From Chrysomallon squamiferum (Eukaryota; Animalia; Mollusca), in contig CM022675.1 of the NCBI GenBank assembly GCA_012295275.1, positions 15,996,001-16,060,000 of the forward strand: 64,000 nt of DNA, written 5' to 3'. Positions 1 through 12,964 of this stretch are shown piece after piece. Each line of letters starts with the position of its first letter. Within the stretch, counting starts at the first letter, position 1. The translations under genes and the position numbers were made by a program. The notes under the pieces are model-generated. The model did not search any database. It was not told where the DNA came from and worked only from the letters and a program-made list of their open reading frames with translations.

Positions 1-3000
1 ACAATTATTATGTGAAGAAGTTGTGAGTTCGTAAATAATGACCTAAGTCAGGAAGGAAACAAGTAACTAAGAAAGTGAGAATGTAAGTAAGCACATTAAC
101 AATTATCTAAGTAAGAAAGTAAGGAAGTACGTAAATAATGACCTAAGTAAGCAAGGAAGCAAGTAACTAAGTAAGTGAGAATGTAAGTAAGTACATTAAC
201 AATTATCTAAGGAAGAAGGACATTATGTGAGTTCGTAAATAATGACCTAAGTCAGGAAGGAAACAAGTAACTAAGAAAGTGAGAATGTAAGTAAGTACAT
301 TAACAATTATCTAAGGAAGAAGGACATTATGTAAGTTCGTAAATAATGACCTAAGTCAGCAAGGAAGCAAGTAACTAAGAAAGTGAGAATGTAAGTAAGT
401 ACATTAACAATTATCTAAGTAAGAAAAAAGGAGTAAGTATTAATGAAGTTCGTAAATAATGACCTAAGTAAAACAAGGAAACAAAAACTAAGTAACTGAG
501 AATGAAATAATTACATTAACAATTATCTAAGTAAAGAAGAAGGATAAATGTAAGAACGTAAATAATGACCCTAAGAAGGAAACAAGGAAACAAGTAACTA
601 AGAAAGTGAGAATGTAAGTAAGTACATTAACAATTATCTAAGGAAGAAGGACATTATGTGAGTTCGTAAATAATGACCTAAGTAAGGAAGGAAACAAGTA
701 ACTAAGAAAGTGAGAATGTAAGTAATTACATTAACAATTATCTATCTAAGAAAAGACATTATATGTAAGTTCGTAAATAATGACCTAAGTAAGCAAGGAA
801 ACAAGTAACTAAGAAAGTGAGAATGTAAGTAAGTACATTAACAATTATCTAAGGAAGAAGGACATTATGTGAGTTCGTAAATAATGACCTAAGTAAGGAA
901 GGAAACAAGTAACTAAGAAAGTGAGAATGTAAGTAAGTACATTAACAATTATCTAAGTAAGAAGGACATTATGTGAGTTCGTAAATAATGACCTAAGTAA
1001 GCAAAATAAAGTAAAGTAACTAAAGTAAGTGAGAATGTAAGTAAGCACATTAACAATTATCTAAGTAAGAAGGAAAGTAAGTACATAAATAATTACCTAA
1101 GTAAGCAAAGGAAAAAGAAATAAGTAAGAAAGTGAGAATGTAAAAAAAACAATTATCTAAGTAAGAAAGTAAGGAAGTACGTAAATAATGACCTAAGTAA
1201 GCAAGGAAGCAAGTAACTAAGTAAGTGAGAATGTAAGTAAGTACATTAACAATTATCTAAGGAAGAAGGACATTATGTGAGTTCGTAAATAATGACCTAA
1301 GTCAGGAAGGAAACAAGTAACTAAGAAAGTGAGAATGAGAAAAGTAAATTACATTAACAATTATCTAAGGAAGAAGGACATTATGTGAGTTCGTAAATAA
1401 TGACCTAAGTAAGAAGGAAACAAGTAACTAAAGAAAGTGAGAATGTAAGTAAGTACATTAACAAATTATCTAAAGAAGAATTAAGGACAGTATGTGAGTT
1501 CGTAAATAATGACCTAAGTAAACAAAGGAAACAAGTAACTAAGTAAGTGAGAATGTAAGTAAGTACATTAACAATTATCTAAGGAAGAAGGACATTATGT
1601 GAGTTCGTAAATAATGACCTAAGTAAGGAAGGAAACAAGTAACTAAGAAAGTGAGAATGTAAGTAAGTACATTAACAATTATCTAAGGAAGAAGGACATT
1701 ATGTAAGTTCGTAAATAATGACCTAAGTCAGCAAGGAAACAAGTAACTAAGAAAGTGAGAATGTAAGTAAGTACATTAACAATTATCTAAGTAAGAAGGA
1801 CAGTATGTGAGTTCGTAAATAATGACCTAAGTAATGCAAGGAAGCAAGTAACTAAGTAAGTGAGAATGTAAGTAAGTACATTAACAATTATCTAAGGAAG
1901 AAGGACATTATGTGAGTTCGTAAATAATGACCTAAGTAAGCAAGGAAGCAAGTAACTAAGTAAGTGAGAATGTAAGTAAGTACATTAACAATTATCTAAG
2001 GAAGAAGGACATTATGTAAGTTCGTAAATAATGACCTAAGTCAGCAGGAAGGAAACAAGTAACTAAGAAAGTGAGAATGTAAGTAAGTACATTAACAATT
2101 ATCTAAGGAAGAAGGACATTATGTGAGTTCGTAAATAATGACCTAAGTAAGCAAGGAAACAAGTAACTAAGAAAGTGAGAATGTAAGTAAGTACATTAAC
2201 AATTATCTAAGTAAGAAAAATAGTAAGTAAGTACGTAAATAATGACCTAAGTAAGCAAGGAAGCAAGAAACTAAGTAACTGAGGATTGAAATAATTACAT
2301 TAACAATTATCTAAGTAAGAAAGTACATAAATAAGAACCTAAGTTACCTAGGAAGCGAGTAAGTAAATATTAACCTAAGTAAGTGAGAATGTAAGTAAGT
2401 ACATTAACAATTATCTAAGGAAGAAGGACATTATGTGAGTTCGTAAATAATGACCTAAGTCAGGAAGGAAACAAGTAACTAAGAAAGTGAGAATGTAAGT
2501 AAGCACATTAACAATTATCTAAGTAAGAAAGTAAGGAAGTACGTAAATAATGACCTAAGTCAGCAAGGAAACAAGTAACTAAGAAAGTGAGAATGGAAGT
2601 AAGCACATTAACAATTATCTAAGTAAGAAAGTAAGGAAGTACGTAAATAATGACCTAAGTAAGGAAACAAGTAACTAAGAAAGTGAGAATGTAAGTAAGC
2701 ACATTAACAATTATCTAAGTAAGAAAGTAAGGAAGTACGTAAATAATGACCTAAGTAAGCAAGGAAGCAAGTAAGTAAGTAAGTGAGAATGTAAGTAAGT
2801 ACATTAACAATGATCTAACTAAGGAGGACAGTACGAGAGTTCGTAAATAATGACATAAGTAAGCAAGGAAGCAAGTAACTAAGTAACTAAGAATTAAAAA
2901 AAAAAAATTAACAATTATCTAAGTAAGAACGTACATAAATAATAACATAAGTTAGCTAGAAAGCGAGTAAGTAAATATTAACCTAAGTAAGAGAGAATGT

Positions 3001-3400
3001 AAGTAAGTACAATAACAATTATCTAATTAAGAGGGACAGTATGTAAATAATGACATAAGTTCGTAAATAATGACATAAGTAAGCAATGAAGCAAGTAACT
3101 AAGTGAGAATGCAAGTAAGCACATTGACGATTATCTAAGTAAGAAAGTAAGGAAGTACGTAAATAATGACTTAAGTATGCAAGGAAGCAAGTAACTAAGT
3201 AACTAAGAATTCAAAAAACTAAATTAACAATTATCTATGTAAAAAAGTAATAAATAATAACCTCAGTTAGGTTAATATTTACTTACTGGCTTCCTAGCTA
3301 AGTAAGTGAGAATGTAAATAAGTAAATTAAGAATTATCTAATTGAGAGGGACAGTATGTGAGTTCGTAAATAATGACCTAAGTAAGCAAGGAAGCAAGTA
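1..3400. repeat. Satellite array, ~100-104 bp unit (CGTAAATAATGACCTAAGT...GTGAGAATGTAAGTAAGTACATTAACAATTATCTAAGGAAGAAGGACATTATGTGAGTT)
   Basis: The anchor CGTAAATAATGACC recurs at 30, 130, 234, 338 and onward. The plus strand is strongly A/G-rich. The array runs off the left edge of the window. Confidence 0.95.
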
Positions 3401-5650
3401 TGTTCGTAAATAATTACCTAAGTAAGTGAGAATATAAGTAAGTATATTAACAATAATCTAAGTAAGAAAGAAAGTAAATACGTAAATAATTACCTAAGTA
3501 ACCAAGAAAGGAAGTAAATAAGTAAAAAATAATTCTTAAGTAAGTTATATAAGTAAGTTCATTAACAATTATCTAAGTTAGTACTTACTTAAATAATTAC
3601 CTAAGTAAACAGCAAAGCAAGTATGTACGTAAATAATTACCTACCTAAGTGAAAATATAAGTAAATAAATTAACAATTATCTAAATAAGAAAGAAAGTAA
3701 GTAAATATTTACCTTATTCATCAAGAAAACAAGTATTTAAGCTAATGATTACCTAAGTAAGTGAGAAAGTAAGTAGGTACCATAAGAAATACCTAAGTAA
3801 GAAAGAAAGGATGTAAGTACGTAAATAATTTCCTAGGTAAACAAGACACCAAGTAATACGTAAATAATTACCTAACTAAGGAAGAAAGCAAACATGTACG
3901 TAACTAATTTCCTTAGTAACTGAGAATATAAGTAAATAAATTAACAATTATCTAAGTGAGAAAGAAAGTAACAAGGTAAGTAAATAATTACTTTAGTAAG
4001 CAAAAAAGCAAGTATGTACGTAAATAATTACCTAAGTAAGTCAGAATATAAGTAAGTATATTAACAATTATCTAAGTAAGAAAGAAACTAAGTAAGTACT
4101 TAAATAATTACCTAAGTGATGAAGAAATCTAGTAAGTACCTAAATAATTACCGAAGTAAGTGAGAAAGTAAGTAGTTACATAACAAACACCCAAGTCAAC
4201 AAGAAAGGAAGTAAGTACGTAAATAATTTCCTAGGAAAGCGAGAAAGCAAGTAAGTATGTAAATAATTTCCTAAGTAAGTGAGAAAGTAAGTAGCTATCA
4301 TAAGAAACACCTAAGTCAACAAGAAAGGAAGTAAGTACGTAAATAATTTCCTAGGTAAGCAAGAAAGCAAGTAAGTATGTAAATAATTTCCTAAGTGAGA
4401 ATATAAGTAACTATATTAAAAATTATCTAAGTAAGAAAGAAAGTAAGTATTTACGTAAATAATTACCTAAGTAAGGAAGAAAGCTGGTAAGTACGTAAAA
4501 AATTACATAAGTAAGTGAGAAAGTAAGTAAGTACCATAACAAATACCTAAGTAAGCAAGAAAGTTACTAAGTACGTAAATAATGTCCTAAGTAAGAAAGA
4601 AAGCCAGCAGTTACTTAAATAATTACATAAGTAAGCAAAAAAGCAAGTATGTACGTAAATAATTACCTAAGTAACTAAGAATATAAGTCAGTACATTAAC
4701 AATTATGTAAGTAAGAAAGAAAGTAAGTATGTAAATATTTACCTAAGTAAGGAAGACAGCTAGTAAGTACGTAAATAATTACCTAAGTAAGTGAGAAAGT
4801 AAGTAGGTACCATAGCAAACACATAAGTGAAGTATGTAAATAATGTCCTAAGTAAAAAGGAAAGTAAGTAAGTACATAAATACTTACCTAATGAGAAAGA
4901 ATAAAAGTAAATAATTACCTTTGTAAGAGAGAAAGTAAGGAGGAACCATAACAAATATGTAACTAAGCAAGAAAGTAACTAATTACGTAAATAATTTCCT
5001 AAGTAAGCAAGGAACAAAGTAAGTACGTAAATAATTATCTAAGTAAGAAAGAATCCAAGTATGTACGTAAATTATTACCTAAGTAAGTGATAATATAAGA
5101 AGTACGTAAATAATTTCATAAGTAAGTAACAAAGTAAGTAAGTACGTACATAATTACCTAAGTAAGAGAGAAAGTAAGTAGGAACCATAACAAATACCTA
5201 AGTAAGCAAGAAACTATGTATGTAAGTACGTAAATAATTTCCTATGTAAGCAAGAAAGCAAGAAAGTAGGTAAATAATTACCTAAGTAAGTGAGCAAGTA
5301 AGTAGGTACCATAACAAATATCTAAGAATGGAAGTAAGTAATTAGATACGTAAATAATTTCCTAAGTAACCAAGAAAGCAAGAATGCACGTAGATAATTA
5401 CCTAAGCAATAAAGAAAGATAGTAATTACATAAATAATTACCTAACTAACCAAGTAAGCAAGTATGTATGTAAATAATTACATAAGTAAGCAAAAATGAA
5501 AGTAAGTACGTAAATAATTACCTAAGTTAGAAAGAAAATAAGTAAGTACATAAATAACTACCTAAGTAAACAACAACGCAAGTGAGAAAGTAAGTACCTT
5601 ATCAATTATCTAAGTAAGAAGGAAAGTAAGTACGTAAATAATTTCCTAAT
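3400..5650. repeat. Degenerate ~38-39 bp satellite monomers (AAGTAAGTACGTAAATAATTACCTAAGTAAGCAAGAAAGC), related to the 104-bp unit
   Basis: GTAAATAATTACCTAAGTAAG recurs about every 39 bp with many substitutions. The same core lies inside the 104-bp unit. Confidence 0.9.
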
Positions 5651-5654
5651 TAAT

Positions 5655-7070
5655 ACTACACTAGTTCGCAACTTTAATTCTTATACTAAGGCTACTTGTT
5701 ATCAAGGCTCTCATATTATTTCTAACATAGACATAACACTCGTAATAAAATTTAAATAACACTAGCTCTAAGGCTAACCCTAACCTTAACACTAACCCTA
5801 TATCAGCTTATACAACATGTCCTAGAGTAGTCCGCAACTTTAATTCTTATATAAAAACTACATGTAATTGTGACTCTCATATTATTTCCAACAAATAATT
5901 ACACTTGTAATAAAAAACAGATATCGTAGTTCAAAGGCTAACACTAACCCTAACCCTAGCTCAGCTTCTAAAACGAATCCAACACTAGTTTGCAACATTA
6001 ATTCTTATACTAAGACTACTTGTGATCGTGACCTTCTTATTCTTTCTGACATAATCATCACAGTTGTAATAAAATTTTGATAAACCTAGCTCTAAGGCTA
6101 ACCCTAACCCTAAACCTAGCCCTAACCCTAAAGTTAACCCTTGCTCAGCTTCAAAAACTAAGCCTACACTAGTCCGCAACATTAATTCTGATACTAAGGC
6201 TATTTTTAATCAAGACCCTCATATTATTTCTCACATAAAAATAACACTCGTAATAAAATTTAGATAACACTAGCTCTAAGGCTAACCTTAACCCTAACCC
6301 TAACCCTAACCCTAACCCTAACCCTAGCTCAGCTTCTGAAAAAAGGTCCTAGACTAGTCCGCTACATTAATTATTGTAATAAGGCTACTTGTAATTGTCA
6401 CACTGATATTATATCTGACATAAACTGATATTATATCACACTTGTAATAAAATTTAGATAACCCTATCTCTACGGCTAACCGTAATCCTAACCCTAACCG
6501 TAGCTCATATTCTAGATATAATACTTCGCTAGTCCCCTAGATTAGTTCTTACACTAAGGCTACTTCTATTTAGATATCCCTAGCTATAAGCCTAAGGCTA
6601 ACCCTAACGATAACCCTAAGCCTAACCCTAATTATTTTGGACATTATCATGATACATATCGTAATAAAATTTAAATAACCCTAACTCTAAGCCTAATGCT
6701 CACCCTAACCCTATCCTTAATGCAATCTCAAATTCTAAACCTGATCCTATGCAAATCCCCAACATTATTTCTTACCCTAACCGTGATACTAGTCGTGACT
6801 CTCAAATTATATTGGACATTACCAGAACACTCGTAATAAAATTTAGATAACCCTATCTCTAAGGCTAACCCTAACCCTAACCGTAACCTTAACCCCAGCT
6901 CAACTTCCTAACGTAATTCTGAACTGGTTCCGGACATTAATAACGCTACTTGCAATCGTGACTCTCAAACTTTTTTTGGGACATAATCGTAACAATCGTA
7001 ATACAATTTAAATAACCCTAGCTCCAAGGCTGACCCTAACCCTAACCCTAAACTTAACCCTAACCCAATC
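5655..7070. repeat. Tandem ~160-220 bp repeat, most units ending in a variable (CCCTAA)n telomeric-type tract
   Basis: About 8 units begin CTAGTCCGCAACATTAATTCTTATACTAAGGCTAC (near 5660, 5826, 5985, 6169, 6354, 6528, 6750, 6925) and contain CTCTAAGGCTAACCCTAACC. The longest pure TAACCC run is at ~6289-6326. Confidence 0.9.
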
Positions 7071-7104
7071 TGAAATTCATTTTAATTTAAATTTTAATAG
7101 CCTT

Positions 7105-7930
7105 CTACGCATACCCATCCTCTCTGGCTTCAAGAATAACATCAGCATCCACAACTCTTGTTCTTGTTTTCATGTAGTTTTTTTTTATAATTTTATAATC
7201 TGAGTGGGAAGCACACCCGTCTTTATTTTTCAACTTAACTGGCAACTCGGTCCTGATTGTTACTCTTGTCCCCTGCAGATTCTTTGCCGAGAACAGCACT
7301 AGATCCCTGTCACGCTGGTGCACAAAGACTACAATAATGGCTGGTGGAAGAGCTGGAGACAGAGGACCTGTTATTACTGGAGGGCTGCTCTTAGGTTGGC
7401 CAAGACGATGAACATTTATAAAACTCTACAGTCGTCTGATCTAGTTTCTCTGACTTGTGTAGAAACGTTCTAACGACTGCCTCTGTATATTCTTTTCCTA
7501 ATAACTGATCCACTTATACACCAAAAATCAATAGGTTTCGCTTTCTTTCATGAATTTCTAAAATTAATCAGTCGATTTTGTAACTCTGTAATTTTATCAT
7601 CAGTTTGGCTTTTAATTGTGTTTTGACAATGACGCACATTTTCTATTCCAGATTTATTCGTCTGTACATCAAACAACAGACTTTTAACAGCCTCATTCAG
7701 TTCAAACTTAATTTCAGTTTTTGTTGAGTCTATTCATGTTTAGTTCTAAACTAGATAACGTTTCATCTACCTTTGCACTAAATTTTTTCAAGTTATACCA
7801 TTTTAGTTTCCATACCTTTAACCGCCTGAAGAACCTGCGCGATCTCAGTTTTATCTGTCGTTTTTTGTTTTAGAGCTAATGCGTTGTCTCGTGGGACTTA
7901 CTTGAGCGCCTTGTACATTTTCCTTCATCC
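7105..7930 (-). mobile_element. Decayed non-LTR retrotransposon ORF1 (coiled coil plus L1-type RRM/CTD, Transposase_22-like)
   Basis: The minus strand translates, with stops and frameshifts, to TEIAQVLQAVKGMETKM..., LEIHERKRNLLIFGV*, VHRLGQP...PAIIVVFVHQRDRDLVLFSAKNLQGTRVTIRTELP. This fits the LINE ORF1 pattern E.R.R..NL.I.GV / HRLG / PIIV.F / AK.LKGT.V.I..DLP. Confidence 0.8.
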
Positions 7931-8214
7931 GAACACTGGACCATTCACCTTGTTAACACAAAACGTACTGGTCATTAATTAAACTTCAAAGATGGCGGTC
8001 ACGTGCAAAGCATGCATATTTACAAAACATTCGTCTATGGACAGCGGCGACTTCCCTCACAAAAATCAAGAAACTTTGGATGACGACTAGTTTGTACAAA
8101 CTCATCATGTTACACACACTTCTAGTCAACCTTCCTTCACATCAACTCAACTTTGAAAAACAATTTCCCCGCGCGAACGCAATTACTCGACCATCTAGGT
8201 CAAGGGCATGTAAC

Positions 8215-8340
8215 TCTATCGCACTAAGGCTACTTGCATTTATGACACTCAAATTATTTTCGACATTATTATCACGTAATAAAATCTAAACCCTAAGTCT
8301 AAGCTAACCCTAACCATAACCATAACCCAGACTCAAATTT
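8215..8340. repeat. Isolated further copy of the CCCTAA-containing repeat unit
   Basis: CACTAAGGCTACTTGCA...CTCAAATTATTT...CGTAATAAAAT...AAGCTAACCCTAACC matches the 5655-7070 units. Confidence 0.8.
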
Positions 8341-10783
8341 GAAGTAAGGGATTTTATATTACTTTATCTCATGTCGTTGCAATACGTTGTTACGTAATAT
8401 ATGTTGTCATGTTACATATAGCACTATATATTAGGCCTATACTATATTCTTTATTCACCTTTCATTATTAGACTGTACCAGTGGAGCAAGGAGTGTGGGT
8501 AGAGAGGTTTTTAGAGACGTATGTCTTAGATCTCTAGCTGCCCGCTACTACTGCCCAAGATCGTGTGGAATTTGTCTGTGTAAGCGTACTTTGATTTGTC
8601 GTAGAAATTATGTTTATTTTGATGTGTATGTACAGAATAATAGGAGAAGAAAAATAACAATAGAGAATAATTAGTTTGTGTTAGCAGTATGTTAACAATA
8701 TATTTATTATTACAGTTGTCAGCTATTGAGAAATCAGTAAGTAATCAATAGATAACAAATATTATAAAAAGACGATGATGAACACGATGATATCGGGATT
8801 ACGACAATGATGATGATAATCTGTATTATAATAATAACTTAGAATAACATGACACTGATGGTTGAAGCAGCAAAAACAACTAGAAAAATAACAGTAACAA
8901 TAACAACAATAATAACAAAATGCCACAAAAATAACAACAACAATGTAAAAAAAAAATAATAACAATCCTTTGCAGCGCTGTGTTGATGCAATGACAGAAA
9001 GTATTGGGTCTGGGGTTTATTGGGTCAACCAAGTCGTATATACGGAACCACTAAATTTTGCACAGATCATCCGAAGGACTGCAAATCAATCTGTCCATGT
9101 AATATAACTTCATTATTTCTTCAGTATTAATGTTGGTTTCAGCGTAAGAATGTTCTGTTATTTATTTATAGATTGTATTACATTTATGCAATAACATAAC
9201 TGGTACTGTTACTAATTTATTACTTATTTTATTTTTAAAATTAAACTTAATTTATAAAATATGCTTCAGTATAATTTAGGAAAGAAAAAATGTTTCTTTA
9301 TTATATTTTTTTCAGAAAAGAATATTTAAATAAAATAATAATAACAATAAAAGGATGAATGCGACTTGATATTGATAAACATTGCTTTTCTAGTTATCTA
9401 TGGCTAACTAAATTCAAATGAATTATAATATGAACGACATATGTATATTAGAATAAATTTCCAAATGTTGTAAATGTTCACATTTCTGTAATATAAATTT
9501 ATTTTATTTTCCAGAATTCAAAATTTCAGAAGACGAAATTAGTTGTCTAGAATTTCACTGTTCATTTCAAGAAATAAACGATCTTAACAGCTGTTATCTT
9601 GTTATTTATTTTATCATACATCCCACTGTCACATACATACCCCTCTCTCTTTTTCCTGTATATGCTATAAATCATTAATATAGTATTTACACAAACATAC
9701 ATATACACACAAGCACAAGTCATAAAATACATAAACTTAATTATTCCTACTGATTTTGAGCTCGTTACGCTATCATATGTGTGTTTTTAACACTTATTGT
9801 TCCCTTTCTGTATTACCAAAGCTACTACTCTTATCTATCTTTTTATATTTTCTGTTATCATCGACTTTTTTATTTATTTTATTTTCTTTTCTTATTTATT
9901 TCTTTTAAACAATTGTGTTGTTACTGGCACCTCATTGTCATATAATTATCTTCTGCCCTTTAATGTCATCATGTTCACAGAATTTTTCCTCTAAATCTGA
10001 ACTCACATTTGTGAAATGGCCAGATCACTCCTGTGTCCTCTTTTTAGCCGTCTTCTATTTCAACAAGTGATTTGTTAGCGTGTCGTGCGCCTTTCTGCAG
10101 TCACGGTGACCTCTGCCTTCTCTCTCATGATCATTCATTAAAAATTGTGTTATAGAGTTAACAAAACAAAAACTTTCAAACTTGCTGGAACTTATTGGTT
10201 TAAAATAGCATGCAAAGACCTTTCCAGCGATGCCAGAACAAACCTCCTAATATTTATATTAAGTATTTTATGACTAATTAACGATTAGTAATTATAAGAA
10301 CTAATTTTTTACATGTAGTCTGAAAAAATAAAAATGTGTGAAACTGTTAAATTTATTAGTTATTATCTTCGTTTTTCAGTTTTAGCAGAAAGTATACTAA
10401 ATATAATAAGAAACACACCAGAATAACAATTTATGCCTTCTGAAATCACAACAAGCAATTAACATGTCAATGTTCAGACAGCTTAGGTGGCCAGAAGCCA
10501 GGTGTACTTTTTCCAGGATGCACTTCTCTGAACTACATCAGACTGAAACTGAATATGCATATTTTCTTCAGATTATAAAAATAATTATTTCGATTCATAA
10601 TCTTCGGGTGAAAACCAGAAAATTTGTTTGAATAAAGTCAGTAAAATTTATCCTTTTCCAAATAATAATAATAATAAATAATAATAATAATAATAATTTA
10701 AAAATCTATTAAACAGTACATGGCTGTATTTTAATTATCCACAGTCAACAAAATACAGAGGTTATCCTATAAATCCAAATTTC

Positions 10784-10867
<84 letters not shown>

Positions 10868-12933
10868 AAAAAAGTGGCATGTCTACGGACAGCAGTGCCC
10901 CTGTCCAGACATCTAACAGACATCTTTCAGATAACTTTATAAAATCAGCTGAAAAATACTTGTCAAGTTTGATACAGAGTGTTCAGTGGCGCCCCTCTTC
11001 AAGTTGCGCCCAGATTACGCCAGTCTTTAGTTACGCCACTGTTAAAAACAGACAGACATACAGTATGCACATACATACACACAGGCACACTATATATATA
11101 TATATTACTCTATTTTAATTTTGGTTTCTCAGTCACTTTCATTTTTTGTTCCTCTCTCTCTCTTATAGTGAATTTTGTAGAGAGGCAGACAGACAGAGAG
11201 ACCGACAGATAGATAGATGTAATATATGATATATTCGTAAACTAAGCTTGGGGCCACGGAGTGTGGTGCTCCAAGACTTGGAGTGGCACTTCACGTTAAC
11301 ATTCGCTATGGTCTGGACGCAGACGACATTAATCAAAAAATAAATTTTTGAAAAGTTTTTGTATAAGATCTGGTAAGTGGTGTCCGAAGTGTGATTAGAA
11401 GTGAAAATAGTAAGTCATTAAAATGTCTGACTAAATACCTGCGACCAAACACTATATTTAGTAGGAAATTTTGCAGAAAACTGGTGCCGTAGGTTTCAGA
11501 AAACGAACAGTGCATGTGGCTACTGAAAAAAAGACACAAAAATTTAAAAAAAAAAAGAAGTAAACGATATATGCATTGCTTGCGAGTGAATCAGCTATAC
11601 AACTTTTTAACATATTTGTATTTGAAGACAACAAATACTGGAAAATTGCTAAAAACAAATTCTATTCGCCGAAATTCCCACAGTTAAACTATTTCTGCAT
11701 CAGATTCACTGGAAAGAGCATGGCAACAGCAATAACCGATACTATATATGTGATGATAATTTGTTATCGAAGTTCATTAAATTTTCTTAGTTAGAAAGCC
11801 CGATAACGAAGTCTGTTATAGCAAATTAATTCATTCATTAATTGCTATCTCACTTAATGATTATTAATAAAGTAGTGACAATTGTGTCAGGGTGAAGCTG
11901 AAATTTGAACTGTAGAAGATTTTTACTACAGCACTAACAGGTGAATTTGACTGAATATTAATTTAACTAAATATTTGATTGAACTAATTATCAATTAGAA
12001 TGAATATGTTACCAACAATGATAAATCATAAGTTTTCCAATCAACAATAACCAAATGACAATGTGACTGTGAGAATATCATTAAACACTTCTGCAGGAAG
12101 ATTACACTGAATAATATTCTTCAACACGGCAAATGACTTACCAGTTTGTTGGCTATAAGATAAAAATCAAATAAAATTAAATAAATCTTTGTAAAACAAA
12201 TAAATCTTTATAAATCTTTGTAAAACAAATAAATCTTTATTCTAGGATAACATTAAATAAATAAATAGTTGAAGTAAAGTTTTTAAAATCTTACTAATGT
12301 GTTGGAACTTTTTTGGTATAAAACAAAAAAAGAACATAACTCAAAACAGCAACAACATACAGCTAACTTATAATTACTTTCAATATTGAACTACTGCTAA
12401 ATATTCCTGCATTATTAGTATTTGTTTTATTTTTTCAGATTCCATTATAAGCAGAAATGGACACTGAATGAATCAGTTCCAGATTAGAAGCTGGATTAGA
12501 CAGCTGAATTGATACAGAACAAAAATTACTTTCATAGATGTGTACTGTTCATTACTGGTTAATTATAAATCAGATATTTGTTTATTGTTCATTACTGGTT
12601 AATTATAAAGCAGATATTTGTTTATTGTTAAACTTCTTGACATGAAATATGTTGTTAAAGTGCTAAATGTTGTATCTCAAATATATTTTTTAACTTTGTT
12701 ATTATTAAATATTACAGATTATTAATTTTCTGCTGGTTAATTCTTTAAGTGCACTTTCTACTTTTAAGTGATAAATAACATTTATACATTTTTGCTGTTT
12801 AATAACATTTTAGCTATTTCATGTATTTTCTGTTGATACCAAATTTATCCAGTATTTTCTAGTAATTTAAATATAAATAAATTACAACCCCAAAATTAAA
12901 CAAATAATATCTAGTTTTGTTTTAAGCCTTTTT

Positions 12934-12964
<31 letters not shown>

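Noticed and set aside
1-5650. CRISPR-like regular repeats
   Set aside because: There are no unique spacers, the whole unit repeats, the context is eukaryotic and no cas genes are present.
5655-7070. Telomerase RNA template or true chromosome end
   Set aside because: The CCCTAA tracts are short and degenerate, embedded in a tandem unit with satellite beyond them; no pseudoknot or H/ACA domain was recognised.
9990-10140. Purine-rich minus-strand segment resembling a coding exon
   Set aside because: All three frames hit stops within about 30 codons.
10897-11324. Possible Harbinger-type MITE bounded by GTCCAGAC/GTCTGGAC
   Set aside because: Only 8 bp of inverted match and no clear target-site duplication.
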